A stretch of DNA of 64,000 bases. Source: Candidatus Nanopelagicales bacterium. GTDB taxonomy: Bacteria; Actinomycetota; Actinomycetes; S36-B12; UBA5976. Below the pieces are notes generated by a model, which did no database searches, had not been told where the DNA came from, and saw only the letters and a program-made list of their open reading frames with translations. Positions 1 through 7,906 of the stretch are shown here, piece after piece (position 1 is the stretch's first letter; each line of letters opens with the position of its first letter). A program made the position numbers and the translations under genes. Where the stretch lies: positions 52,393 to 116,392 of the forward strand of contig JAOATY010000038.1 of assembly GCA_030157865.1 (NCBI GenBank). Reading direction: 5' to 3'.

Positions 1-686
<686 letters not shown>

Positions 687-696
687 TCAAAAAGTT

Positions 697-731
697 GCTA
701 ACGCCCCGATGTAAACGATCGGGGCGTTAGC
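697..731 (-). terminator. Strong stem-loop in the groES-groEL spacer (attenuator/terminator-like or processing hairpin)
   Basis: Perfect 14-bp inverted repeat gctaacgccccgat (697-710) / atcggggcgttagc (718-731) with a 7-nt loop. On the transcribed (minus) strand it is followed by AACTTTTTG. Confidence 0.5.
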
Positions 732-740
732 TTGAGGTTC

Positions 741-1040
741 TTATTTTTCGACGATTGCGAGAATGTCGCGTGCGCCAAGAAGTAGGTATTCAACACCGTC
801 GTACTTAACTTCGGTGCCGCCGTACTTGGAGTAGATAACTAAGTCGCCGACTTTAACGTCAAGCGGAATACGCTTTTCGCCGTCTTCATCGAAACGACCT
901 GGTCCTACTGCGACGACCTTGCCTTCTTGTGGCTTTTCCTTAGCGGTATCTGGGATTACCAAACCCGAAGCGGTGGTCTGCTCGGCTTCTAGTGACTGAA
1001 CGAGGATGCGATCCTCAAGTGGCTTAATGTTGACCGACAC
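741..1040 (-). CDS. groES: Co-chaperonin GroES (99 aa, GTG start)
   Basis: [15 protein letters not shown]...[23 protein letters not shown]...YSKYGGTE is the typical Cpn10 sequence. An AGGAGA RBS lies upstream and groEL follows immediately downstream. Confidence 0.97.
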   Translation of the reverse strand: MSVNIKPLEDRILVQSLEAEQTTASGLVIPDTAKEKPQEGKVVAVGPGRFDEDGEKRIPLDVKVGDLVIYSKYGGTEVKYDGVEYLLLGARDILAIVEK

Positions 1041-1070
1041 GTCGTGTCTCCTGTTATTACTCGATTTGAA

Positions 1071-1097
1071 TTAGCACCCGAGGCTTTAGAGTGCTAA
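1071..1097 (-). promoter_or_regulatory. CIRCE element (HrcA operator), proximal copy
   Basis: TTAGCACCC-N9-GAGTGCTAA read directly. It is a near-perfect match to the CIRCE consensus TTAGCACTC-N9-GAGTGCTAA and lies 31 nt upstream of the groES start. Confidence 0.9.
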
Positions 1098-1101
1098 TCC
1101 A

Positions 1102-1130
1102 AATGTAAGCAGGTTTTGGCACTCGGTCAA
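1102..1130 (-). promoter_or_regulatory. Putative groES promoter TTGACC-17 nt-TACATT
   Basis: On the minus strand, the -35 TTGACC (= + 1125-1130) lies in the spacer of the distal CIRCE-like repeat. A 17-nt spacer separates it from the -10 TACATT (= + 1102-1107), which lies just upstream of the proximal CIRCE. Confidence 0.45.
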
Positions 1131-1141
1131 CTTGAGTGCCA
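1117..1141 (-). promoter_or_regulatory. Second, degenerate CIRCE-like inverted repeat (distal copy)
   Basis: TGGCACTC-N9-GAGTGCCA is a perfect 8-bp inverted repeat with the CIRCE 9-nt spacing. It straddles the stop codon (1127-1129) of the upstream ORF. Confidence 0.65.
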
Positions 1142-1486
1142 GACCAGAGCCTCATCCGGCTCAGTAGGCCCAAACCATAGGAAATCCTCAGGTTCAGAGG
1201 CTTTGGCCGCGAAAATCGCCTGGATTTGGGCTTTAGCAATTGGGTTAGGAAGCGAAATCTGGCCAGTTTCAGAATCTGCAATTTCGGCAGTACATTCGGC
1301 CACCATAACTAGACGGCTATCGGAGCCAGCCACCTGCAAAATTTCAGCTTCCAAAACTTCTGGATCCGTTTCATCCCAAGATTGGGCCCAGCCATCAGTG
1401 ACGGCATACCCGTTGGAGGCTGACAAGACTTTTGAATCTTTGAATTCGCTGACCTGAAGAACTGAAACCGGAATCCAAACGCGCAT
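1127..1486 (-). CDS. Conserved acidic hypothetical protein (119 aa)
   Basis: This is the longest ORF in the interval. The acidic composition and C-terminal ...DFLWFGPTEPDEAL resemble a small actinobacterial protein family of unknown function that I recall only vaguely. No domain name is assigned. Confidence 0.55.
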   Translation of the reverse strand: MRVWIPVSVLQVSEFKDSKVLSASNGYAVTDGWAQSWDETDPEVLEAEILQVAGSDSRLVMVAECTAEIADSETGQISLPNPIAKAQIQAIFAAKASEPEDFLWFGPTEPDEALVWHSS

Positions 1487-1530
1487 GGGTCCATTCTTGC
1501 CTATAGATAGGTAGGTGTCAGGATGTACCT

Positions 1531-3156
1531 ATGGATGCAATCACACATGTTCCCGCCCCTTACAACGAGCCAATTGGCACATTTGCCCCAGGCACACCTG
1601 AACGTGCTGGCCTAGAACAAGGTCTTAAGGATCTTGTTGCTACCACTCACGAATTACCTAACGTAATTGGTGGCAAGAAAGTTATGGCATCTGGCGAAAA
1701 GATTGAAGTGCGAAGCCCACACGAGCACTCTCGCGTACTTGGCGTAACCGCCAACTCAACTCAGGCTGATGCCACCAGTGCAATTGCCGCAGCCAAAGCT
1801 GCAGCACCGATGTGGCGCGACCTTCCATTCGATGAGCGCGCTGCTGTTATCTTGCGCGCTGCTGATTTACTTTCTGGTCCTTGGCGCAACAAAGTTTTGG
1901 CTGCAACCGTTTGGGGTCAGTCCAAGACTGCATACCAAGCTGAAATTGATTCAACATGTGAGTTAATCGACTTCTGGCGCTTTAACGTTCACTTCGCACG
2001 CCAAATCTTGCAAGAACAACCAGTGTCGTCACCTGGAGTTTGGAATCGAACTGATCATCGTCCACTTGAAGGTTTCGTTTACGCAATCACACCGTTCAAC
2101 TTCACTGCGATTGCGGGCAATCTTCCAACAGCTCCAGCCTTGATGGGTAACACCGTTATCTGGAAGCCATCCCCTACTCAGCAAGTCGCTGCATCGATCA
2201 CGATGGATCTTTTGATGGCAGCTGGTTTACCGCCCGGTGTAATCAACATGGTTACTGGAGATGGCATTGCGGTATCGGATGTCGCACTTGCGGATCCAGA
2301 TTTAGCTGGCATCCACTTCACCGGTTCAACACCTGTGTTCCAGCATCTATGGAAGACAGTTGGAAACAATATTTCTAACTACCGTTCCTACCCTCGTCTT
2401 GTTGGTGAAACCGGCGGCAAGGACTTCATCTTTGCTCACCCATCAGCTGAACATCGCACCCTAATCACTGCAATGATCCGTGGTGCCTTTGAATTCCAGG
2501 GACAGAAATGTTCAGCAGCATCACGTGCATACATTCCACGCAGTATTTGGAATGCAATCAAGGATGATTTCTTGGCCGAAGTTGAAGGTATCAAGCAAGG
2601 TCATGCATCTGACTTCAGCAACTTCATGACTGCAGTTATTGATGAGAAGGCGTTCAAGCGAGTTAGCGGTGCAATCGATCGCGCCCATGCTGACAAGTCA
2701 ATCGAAGTTGCAGCCGGTGGAACTTATGACAGCAGTGAAGGTTGGTTTATTCGCCCAACAGTTTTGGTTGGATCTGATCCAACTGCTGAATTCTTTACTG
2801 ACGAATACTTTGGACCAGTGCTTGCTGTTTATGTCTACGAGGACAACAACTGGCGCGATGCTTTGACGCAAATGGAAGGCATTGCAAAGTATGCACTGAC
2901 CGGTGCAATCATTGCGCAAGATCGTGATGCCATCAATGAAATGTCACATGCGCTTCGATTCGCAGCAGGTAACTTCTATGTCAATGACAAGCCAACTGGC
3001 GCAGTAGTTGGTCAGCAGCCATTTGGTGGCGCTCGTGCATCTGGCACTAACGACAAAGCTGGTGCAGCACTTAACTTGCAGCGCTGGACGAGTGATCGCA
3101 GCATCAAGGAAACTATGGTTCCGGCGCAGCATTACTCATACCCATTTATGGGTTAG
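1531..3156 (+). CDS. pruA: L-glutamate gamma-semialdehyde (1-pyrroline-5-carboxylate) dehydrogenase
   Basis: 541-aa aldehyde dehydrogenase with VGETGGKD and catalytic EFQGQKCSAASR. The length and N-terminus are typical of actinobacterial PruA. Confidence 0.9.
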   Translation: MDAITHVPAPYNEPIGTFAPGTPERAGLEQGLKDLVATTHELPNVIGGKKVMASGEKIEVRSPHEHSRVLGVTANSTQADATSAIAAAKAAAPMWRDLPFDERAAVILRAADLLSGPWRNKVLAATVWGQSKTAYQAEIDSTCELIDFWRFNVHFARQILQEQPVSSPGVWNRTDHRPLEGFVYAITPFNFTAIAGNLPTAPALMGNTVIWKPSPTQQVAASITMDLLMAAGLPPGVINMVTGDGIAVSDVALADPDLAGIHFTGSTPVFQHLWKTVGNNISNYRSYPRLVGETGGKDFIFAHPSAEHRTLITAMIRGAFEFQGQKCSAASRAYIPRSIWNAIKDDFLAEVEGIKQGHASDFSNFMTAVIDEKAFKRVSGAIDRAHADKSIEVAAGGTYDSSEGWFIRPTVLVGSDPTAEFFTDEYFGPVLAVYVYEDNNWRDALTQMEGIAKYALTGAIIAQDRDAINEMSHALRFAAGNFYVNDKPTGAVVGQQPFGGARASGTNDKAGAALNLQRWTSDRSIKETMVPAQHYSYPFMG

Positions 3157-3159
3157 TCC

Positions 3160-3510
3160 TTGCCGGCAATCCTGATCACTGATGGCAACTGCGGCTTTTG
3201 TCAGCGCAGCGCTAAGAAACTTGCTGGGATTGTCCCAACGGGTTGGGTGAATGTTCCAAGTACTGAGCTGACTAATAACTATGGCTTAACTGAGGAAGAG
3301 CTAGAACATTCCGTTTGGCTAATTGAGAATCCAGATTCAGATCCAGTGCATTACAGCGGGGCTAAAGCCGTCGGAAAAGTTTTGCGAATTCGAGGTGGCC
3401 TCTGGGGCGCACTCGGTTGGCTGACTTTTATTCCGCCAACTTCTTGGATTGCGGCGGGCATGTATCGCGTAGTTGCAAACAATCGAAAGTTCTTTAGCCG
3501 CTTCGTTTAG
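3160..3510 (+). CDS. Thiol-disulfide oxidoreductase DCC family protein (DUF393), TTG start
   Basis: N-terminal ILITDGNCGFCQRS (CxxC) and a ~115-aa length. The start lies 4 nt after the pruA stop. Confidence 0.75.
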   Translation: MPAILITDGNCGFCQRSAKKLAGIVPTGWVNVPSTELTNNYGLTEEELEHSVWLIENPDSDPVHYSGAKAVGKVLRIRGGLWGALGWLTFIPPTSWIAAGMYRVVANNRKFFSRFV

Positions 3511-4496
3511 TTGATGAACTTAGCTTCGGGCTTTAGTTCGATTTCAAACTTCGCTTTAACGCCCTTAACAATGTGCTCGGCAAGTTCAGAAATATCTGCA
3601 CTGGTTGCATTGCCTCGATTTGTTATTGCCAAAGTGTGCTTACTTGATAGCGAAGCGCGACCATTCAAAGTAAATCCTTTACTGAAACCCGCCTGCTCTA
3701 TCAACCAAGCAGCACTCACTTTGAATGAGCCATCTGGCTCAGGCCAATGCGGTGCGTTTTCTGGTACAACCGAAACTCTTGGATTCATAAAGAACGAACC
3801 AACACTCCAAGTGTCATGATCCGCTGAATCAAGCACCATACCTTTACCAGCACGAAGTTCTAAGACGGCTGCTTGCAAATCGGAAGTGCTAACTCGATCA
3901 CCAAGTGCAACCTTAAGTTTTGCGGCGAGTTCGTTATAAGCAATCGGCGCGGACATCGTTCCAAGCGGTAATTGGAACGTGACACTCAAGATAACCCAAG
4001 TGTCAGGATTTGTTTTGAAAACTGAAGAGCGATACCCGAACTCGCAATCCGCTGCAAAAATTGTGTCAACAGATTTGGTCTTACGATTCCAGGCGCGAAC
4101 CTGGGCAATAGTTTCACTCACACTTTGTCCGTAAGCGCCCACATTTTGGATTGGGGTTGCACCAACAGTTCCTGGGATGCCGGCTAGTCCTTCAATCCCA
4201 GTCCAACCATTGGCAACTGCGGTTGCTACGAAATCATTCCAGTTATGTCCAGCCGCCACAGTTACCCAAGCACCAGCGCAAGCCGATTCATCGTTAACAA
4301 AACCTTGCGACTCGATCTTGATTACGTCACCGTTGAAGTCATCGCTAACAATTACGTTGCTGCCGCCGCCAAGAATTAAAGCATCAGGATGAGCGGAAAC
4401 TGCTTCGATTATTTCTGATTCAGACGTCGCGATTACTAGCGAGTTTGGCGTGCCACCAACGCGCAAAGTAGTCAGTTCCGCAAGGCTGCGCATCAT
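3507..4496 (-). CDS. murB: UDP-N-acetylenolpyruvoylglucosamine reductase
   Basis: 329 aa with LRVGGT...LILGGGSNVIVSD (FAD-binding PCMH) and a C-terminal MurB domain ...GSFFMNP...SAAWLIEQAGF...SKHTLAITN. Confidence 0.92.
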   Translation of the reverse strand: MMRSLAELTTLRVGGTPNSLVIATSESEIIEAVSAHPDALILGGGSNVIVSDDFNGDVIKIESQGFVNDESACAGAWVTVAAGHNWNDFVATAVANGWTGIEGLAGIPGTVGATPIQNVGAYGQSVSETIAQVRAWNRKTKSVDTIFAADCEFGYRSSVFKTNPDTWVILSVTFQLPLGTMSAPIAYNELAAKLKVALGDRVSTSDLQAAVLELRAGKGMVLDSADHDTWSVGSFFMNPRVSVVPENAPHWPEPDGSFKVSAAWLIEQAGFSKGFTLNGRASLSSKHTLAITNRGNATSADISELAEHIVKGVKAKFEIELKPEAKFIN

Positions 4497-4500
4497 GTTC

Positions 4501-4926
4501 CTATTGTGCTAGTCGCACAGTCGCTTTTGCTAAACCCAGAACTTTTGTTTCACCAAAGACGGCGCCAAGATCGATCTGAACGGTGCCGTCGTCATTAATC
4601 TGTGCAACTTTTCCGGTAAAGCTAACGATTGAACCCTCGGCAGTATTTGGCACAACAACTGGTCGCGTCATTCGAACTGAGTAGTCGATAACTGCAGTTG
4701 GATCGCCAACCCAATTCGTCACAACCTGAATCGCGCGTCCCATGGTCAGCATGCCGTGCGCAATTACATCTGGCAGTCCCACAGACTTAGCAAACTCTTC
4801 GTCCTGGTGAATTGGGTTTTGGTCACCGGAAGCATTTGCGTAAGCAACTAGGTCAGCGCGAGTGAATGCTAAATCTAAAGCGGGAAGTTCCATGCCGACG
4901 GAAACATCGGAAAGTTTAATTGTCAT
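4501..4926 (-). CDS. MaoC-family (R)-hydratase/dehydratase, HadB-like subunit
   Basis: 141-aa hot-dog fold with YANASGDQNPIHQDEEFA. It is paired with an upstream overlapping HadA-like ORF and sits downstream of rpmG, as in the mycobacterial hadABC context. Confidence 0.8.
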   Translation of the reverse strand: MTIKLSDVSVGMELPALDLAFTRADLVAYANASGDQNPIHQDEEFAKSVGLPDVIAHGMLTMGRAIQVVTNWVGDPTAVIDYSVRMTRPVVVPNTAEGSIVSFTGKVAQINDDGTVQIDLGAVFGETKVLGLAKATVRLAQ

Positions 4927-5339
4927 GCTTCAGGTCCTCGCACAACTATTTTTGACCAGCCCGTTACAACTAGTTCGTCACCGGAGTAAACATCCGTTTT
5001 GAAGGTTGCGATTTCATTTGTGCCAAGTGGCTTGATCTCTTCAACTGAGGCACTAACTGTTAGCTCGTCGCCAACGCGAATTGGGCGAAGGTACTCGAAC
5101 TTCTGATCGCTATGAACCAAGCGTGCATAATCTAGCTGCAGCGCTGGGTCATGGAATGCCGTATCCATAGCATTCATAGTTACAACGATTGGAAAAGTTG
5201 GTGGCGCAACGGTCCCGTCTGCATATGCAGGGTTTGTTTCACCTAGTGCTTTAACAAATGCAGAAATGTTTTCTGAAGTCACCAAGTAAGGCTTTGAAGG
5301 TGGATAGACATGACCAATCATGTCGTGGTTCATGCCCAT
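4923..5339 (-). CDS. MaoC-like dehydratase N-terminal-domain protein, HadA-like subunit
   Basis: 138 aa with a 4-nt overlap onto the HadB-like gene and an AGGGGA RBS. It has the hot-dog family N-terminal-type sequence. Confidence 0.75.
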   Translation of the reverse strand: MGMNHDMIGHVYPPSKPYLVTSENISAFVKALGETNPAYADGTVAPPTFPIVVTMNAMDTAFHDPALQLDYARLVHSDQKFEYLRPIRVGDELTVSASVEEIKPLGTNEIATFKTDVYSGDELVVTGWSKIVVRGPEA

Positions 5340-5388
5340 GGGATTCCCCTAAACAATCAACGTACGTTTGAAAACAAACGTTAACTAA

Positions 5389-5553
5389 TTAACGGGTTTC
5401 CTTGTGTACGGTGTGCTTGTTGCACTTAGGGCAATGCTTCTTGATCTCTAGGCGATCAGGATCGTTACGACGATTCTTGCGTGAGATGTAGTTGCGGTCT
5501 TTGCAGTCTTCGCATGCCAAAGTGATCTTTGGACGAACGTCGTTACGTGCCAT
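5389..5553 (-). CDS. rpmG: 50S ribosomal protein L33
   Basis: Manual reverse translation gives [54 protein letters not shown] (54 aa, below the ORF-track cutoff). It has the Cys4 zinc-ribbon form. Confidence 0.93.
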   Translation of the reverse strand: MARNDVRPKITLACEDCKDRNYISRKNRRNDPDRLEIKKHCPKCNKHTVHKETR

Positions 5554-5611
5554 GGTCTTGCCTTTCGTTTGAGCAGCTACACATGGTGTGTAACTGGTCT
5601 TGCCTTTTTAG

Positions 5612-5685
5612 TACCGAGGGCCGGACTTGAACCGGCGACACAGCGATTATGAGCCGCTTGCTCTACCAAGCTGAGCTACCCCGGC
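5612..5685 (-). tRNA. tRNA-Met (anticodon CAT), elongator type, no encoded CCA
   Basis: The reverse complement GCCGGGGTAGCTCAGCTTGGTAGAGCAAGCGGCTCATAATCGCTGTGTCGCCGGTTCAAGTCCGGCCCTCGGTA folds as a cloverleaf. The anticodon loop is CTCATAA and the T-loop is TTCAAGT. Confidence 0.88.
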
Positions 5686-5713
5686 TTAAAACCGTGCGTA
5701 AACACGGCCTTCG

Positions 5714-5785
5714 AGCCCCCTGTCAGAATCGAACTGACGACCTCTTCCTTACCAAGGAAGTGCGCTACCACTGTGCCAAGGGGGC
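5714..5785 (-). tRNA. tRNA-Thr (anticodon GGT)
   Basis: The reverse complement is GCCCCCTTGGCACAGTGGTAGCGCACTTCCTTGGTAAGGAAGAGGTCGTCAGTTCGATTCTGACAGGGGGCT. The acceptor stem is GCCCCCT/AGGGGGC and the anticodon loop is TTGGTAA. Confidence 0.9.
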
Positions 5786-5895
5786 CAGTCTTTTCTTCTA
5801 GAAACGCATTTCTGCGCCCCGTTAGCGTATCGAATACCTGCCGTTACAGGGAAATTGAGCCTAAATGGCACCGATTAGGGGCTAACTGCAAAATC

Positions 5896-5924
5896 TTGGC
5901 ATAGCTATTTTCCGCATGAATACT
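5896..5924 (+). promoter_or_regulatory. Putative promoter TTGGCA-17 nt-AATACT for the ATC-hydrolase operon
   Basis: Read directly, about 37 nt upstream of the ATG at 5961. It would overlap the alternative ATG at 5916, which argues for the 5961 start. Confidence 0.3.
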
Positions 5925-5960
5925 ACGATTATTAAAACCCTAGGAAATCGGGAGAAATTA

Positions 5961-6476
5961 ATGTCAACTTCAGCGGAAAATTTGAGCGTCTCGGTCCAAG
6001 ACCAGGACGATCAATTGGGCATTTTGCAGCGCCGCCGGATCGAGGCAAACATCATCTCGCCGATTTACCAAATCATGAAGCGTGAGTTGGGTCAGGAACG
6101 CGCCTCCGAAATCATTCGGGAAGCGATCACTGAGGATGCACACAAAGCTGGTGCGCGGTTCGCAGCCAATGAACCAAATGGCGCAAACCTATTAACTTTT
6201 ATCGCAATCCAAGATCTTTGGAAAAAAGATGATGCGTTGGTCACTGAAGTCGTTGAGGAATCCGAAGAGGTTTACACCTACGAAGTGAAGCGCTGCGCGT
6301 ACGCCGAAATGTACAAAGAAATGGGATTGGCCGAGATTGGCAACCTGCTTTCATGCACTCGCGATTTTGAATTCATTGTTGGCTACGATCCAACAATCGA
6401 AATCACTCGGACTAAAACCATCATGGGTGGCGATTCACATTGCGATTTCCATTACGTCCGTAAAGCCCAGGCATGA
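5961..6476 (+). CDS. L-2-amino-thiazoline-4-carboxylic acid (ATC) hydrolase family protein
   Basis: RRRIEANIISPIYQIMKRELG...LLSCTRDFEFIVGYDP...GGDSHCDFHY resembles the ATC-hydrolase (AtcB-type) family. I prefer the start at 5961 (GGGAGA RBS) over the track start at 5916. Confidence 0.7.
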   Translation: MSTSAENLSVSVQDQDDQLGILQRRRIEANIISPIYQIMKRELGQERASEIIREAITEDAHKAGARFAANEPNGANLLTFIAIQDLWKKDDALVTEVVEESEEVYTYEVKRCAYAEMYKEMGLAEIGNLLSCTRDFEFIVGYDPTIEITRTKTIMGGDSHCDFHYVRKAQA

Positions 6477-7705
6477 CAACTCCACTAATCAACTCTGCTC
6501 GACTCTGGAAATCTCTTGAGGAAATTTCTGTCTTTGGTGAAACGCCAGCAGGTGGACTTCATCGATTAGCTGCGTCTAAAGAAGATGGTCAAGCACGCGA
6601 CTACGTAGTTGCCGCAGCTCGCGAACTTGGCTGCACAATTCGTATCGATGCACTTGGCAATACATTCATGCGTCGGGCTGGCACCGATGCAAGTGAAAGA
6701 ACAATCTTGATTGGTTCACATTTAGATTCCCAACCACTTGGTGGAAAATACGACGGTATCTATGGCGTAATGGCTGGGTTGGAATTACTTCGAGTTCTGC
6801 ACGAATCCAAAATCGAAACAAAGCATGCGGTTGAAGTTGCGGTCTGGACGAATGAAGAAGGCGCCCGATTCGCTCCAGCCATGATGGGCGCAGCCTATTT
6901 CGCTGGCAAATTTACTGCTGACGAACTTTTGGTTCGAAAGGATGTTGACGGCGTTCAACTAGGCAAGTCACTTACCGAAATCGGTTACGCCGGAACGGAC
7001 GAAGTTTCTCCAGTTGAGCACGAAGCATATTTTGAAATTCACATTGAACAAGGTCCGATCCTGCAAGATGAGAATCTTCAAATCGGTGTGGTGACCTTGG
7101 TGCAAGGTATGCGATGGTTCCGCGTGGGCATCACTGGCCAGGCCGGTCATACTGGAACTTACCCAATGGAGACTCGTCGCGATGCGCTAGTTGCAGCATC
7201 ACACTTGATTAAAGCTGTGCAGCAAATTGGCTTAGATCAACCACTCACGGGTCGGGCAACTGTTGGACACATTGTTGTCACGCCAAACTCCCCCAATGTA
7301 ATTCCGGGGCATGTCGAGTTGATGGTCGAATTCCGAAATCCTGAAGTTGCTGTTCTCGATGTGATGACAACTTCGCTTAATCAGGCTCTGAAAGAAACCG
7401 TCGATAGGTACGGTGTCGAAGTTGTCAGTAAGCAGGAGCTTGATTCGGCCACCATCAACTTCACTCAGGAACTTGTAGACCTAGTTGAGCAAGCGGCTGC
7501 TGCCTGTGGCAAGACTTCCAAGCGCATGATTTCTGGTGCTGGCCATGATGCCTGCCAGCTTTCTGCAGTCATGCCAACCACGATGATTTTCATCCCTTGC
7601 GACAAGGGCATTAGTCACGCTGAGAACGAAGCCATTACCCAAGAATGGGCTGCTGACGGTGCCCAAGTTTTAGTCGAGACGGTTTTAACTTTCGATTCGA
7701 AATAG
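6473..7705 (+). CDS. M20-family Zn amidohydrolase (allantoate / N-carbamoyl-L-amino-acid amidohydrolase type)
   Basis: 410 aa with LIGSHLDSQPLGGKYDGIYGV, WTNEEGARF and IHIEQGP, motifs typical of the AmaB/AllC/AtcC hydrolases. ATGA overlap with the upstream gene. Confidence 0.85.
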   Translation: MTTPLINSARLWKSLEEISVFGETPAGGLHRLAASKEDGQARDYVVAAARELGCTIRIDALGNTFMRRAGTDASERTILIGSHLDSQPLGGKYDGIYGVMAGLELLRVLHESKIETKHAVEVAVWTNEEGARFAPAMMGAAYFAGKFTADELLVRKDVDGVQLGKSLTEIGYAGTDEVSPVEHEAYFEIHIEQGPILQDENLQIGVVTLVQGMRWFRVGITGQAGHTGTYPMETRRDALVAASHLIKAVQQIGLDQPLTGRATVGHIVVTPNSPNVIPGHVELMVEFRNPEVAVLDVMTTSLNQALKETVDRYGVEVVSKQELDSATINFTQELVDLVEQAAAACGKTSKRMISGAGHDACQLSAVMPTTMIFIPCDKGISHAENEAITQEWAADGAQVLVETVLTFDSK

Positions 7706-7718
7706 ATCTGTAAAACAA

Positions 7719-7755
7719 AGAAAGCGCCAGTCCCCGTCGGAACCTGGCGCTTTCT
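7719..7755. terminator. Bidirectional intrinsic terminator
   Basis: 12-bp perfect stem agaaagcgccag (7719-7730) / ctggcgctttct (7744-7755) with a 13-nt loop. T-runs flank it on both strands. It lies between the amidohydrolase stop and the tRNA-Tyr 3' end. Confidence 0.75.
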
Positions 7756-7838
7756 GGTGGCAGATAGTGGGTTCGAACCACTGTAGCTTTCGCGACGGAT
7801 TTACAGTCCGCTCCCATTGGCCGCTCGGGCAATCTGCC
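7755..7838 (-). tRNA. tRNA-Tyr (anticodon GTA), long variable arm, encoded CCA
   Basis: The reverse complement is GGCAGATTGCCCGAGCGGCCAATGGGAGCGGACTGTAAATCCGTCGCGAAAGCTACAGTGGTTCGAACCCACTATCTGCCACCA. Confidence 0.92.
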
Positions 7839-7906
7839 ATTTGTCGCCCGAAGGCAACTTAGTAAGGATACCGAGCAGAAGGCTATAAATGCCAATCGGA
7901 AATTGG

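Noticed and set aside
5866-5885. Sequence tggcaccgattaggggc, loosely resembling the tRNA-Tyr 3' end (tggcagatagtgggttc), as a possible att remnant bounding the ATC cassette
   Set aside because: The similarity requires several gaps and mismatches and cannot be evaluated statistically by eye. No integrase is present. I kept it only as something to test by alignment.
7635-7895. 86-aa minus-strand ORF
   Set aside because: It spans the tRNA-Tyr gene and the bidirectional terminator, so it is not coding.
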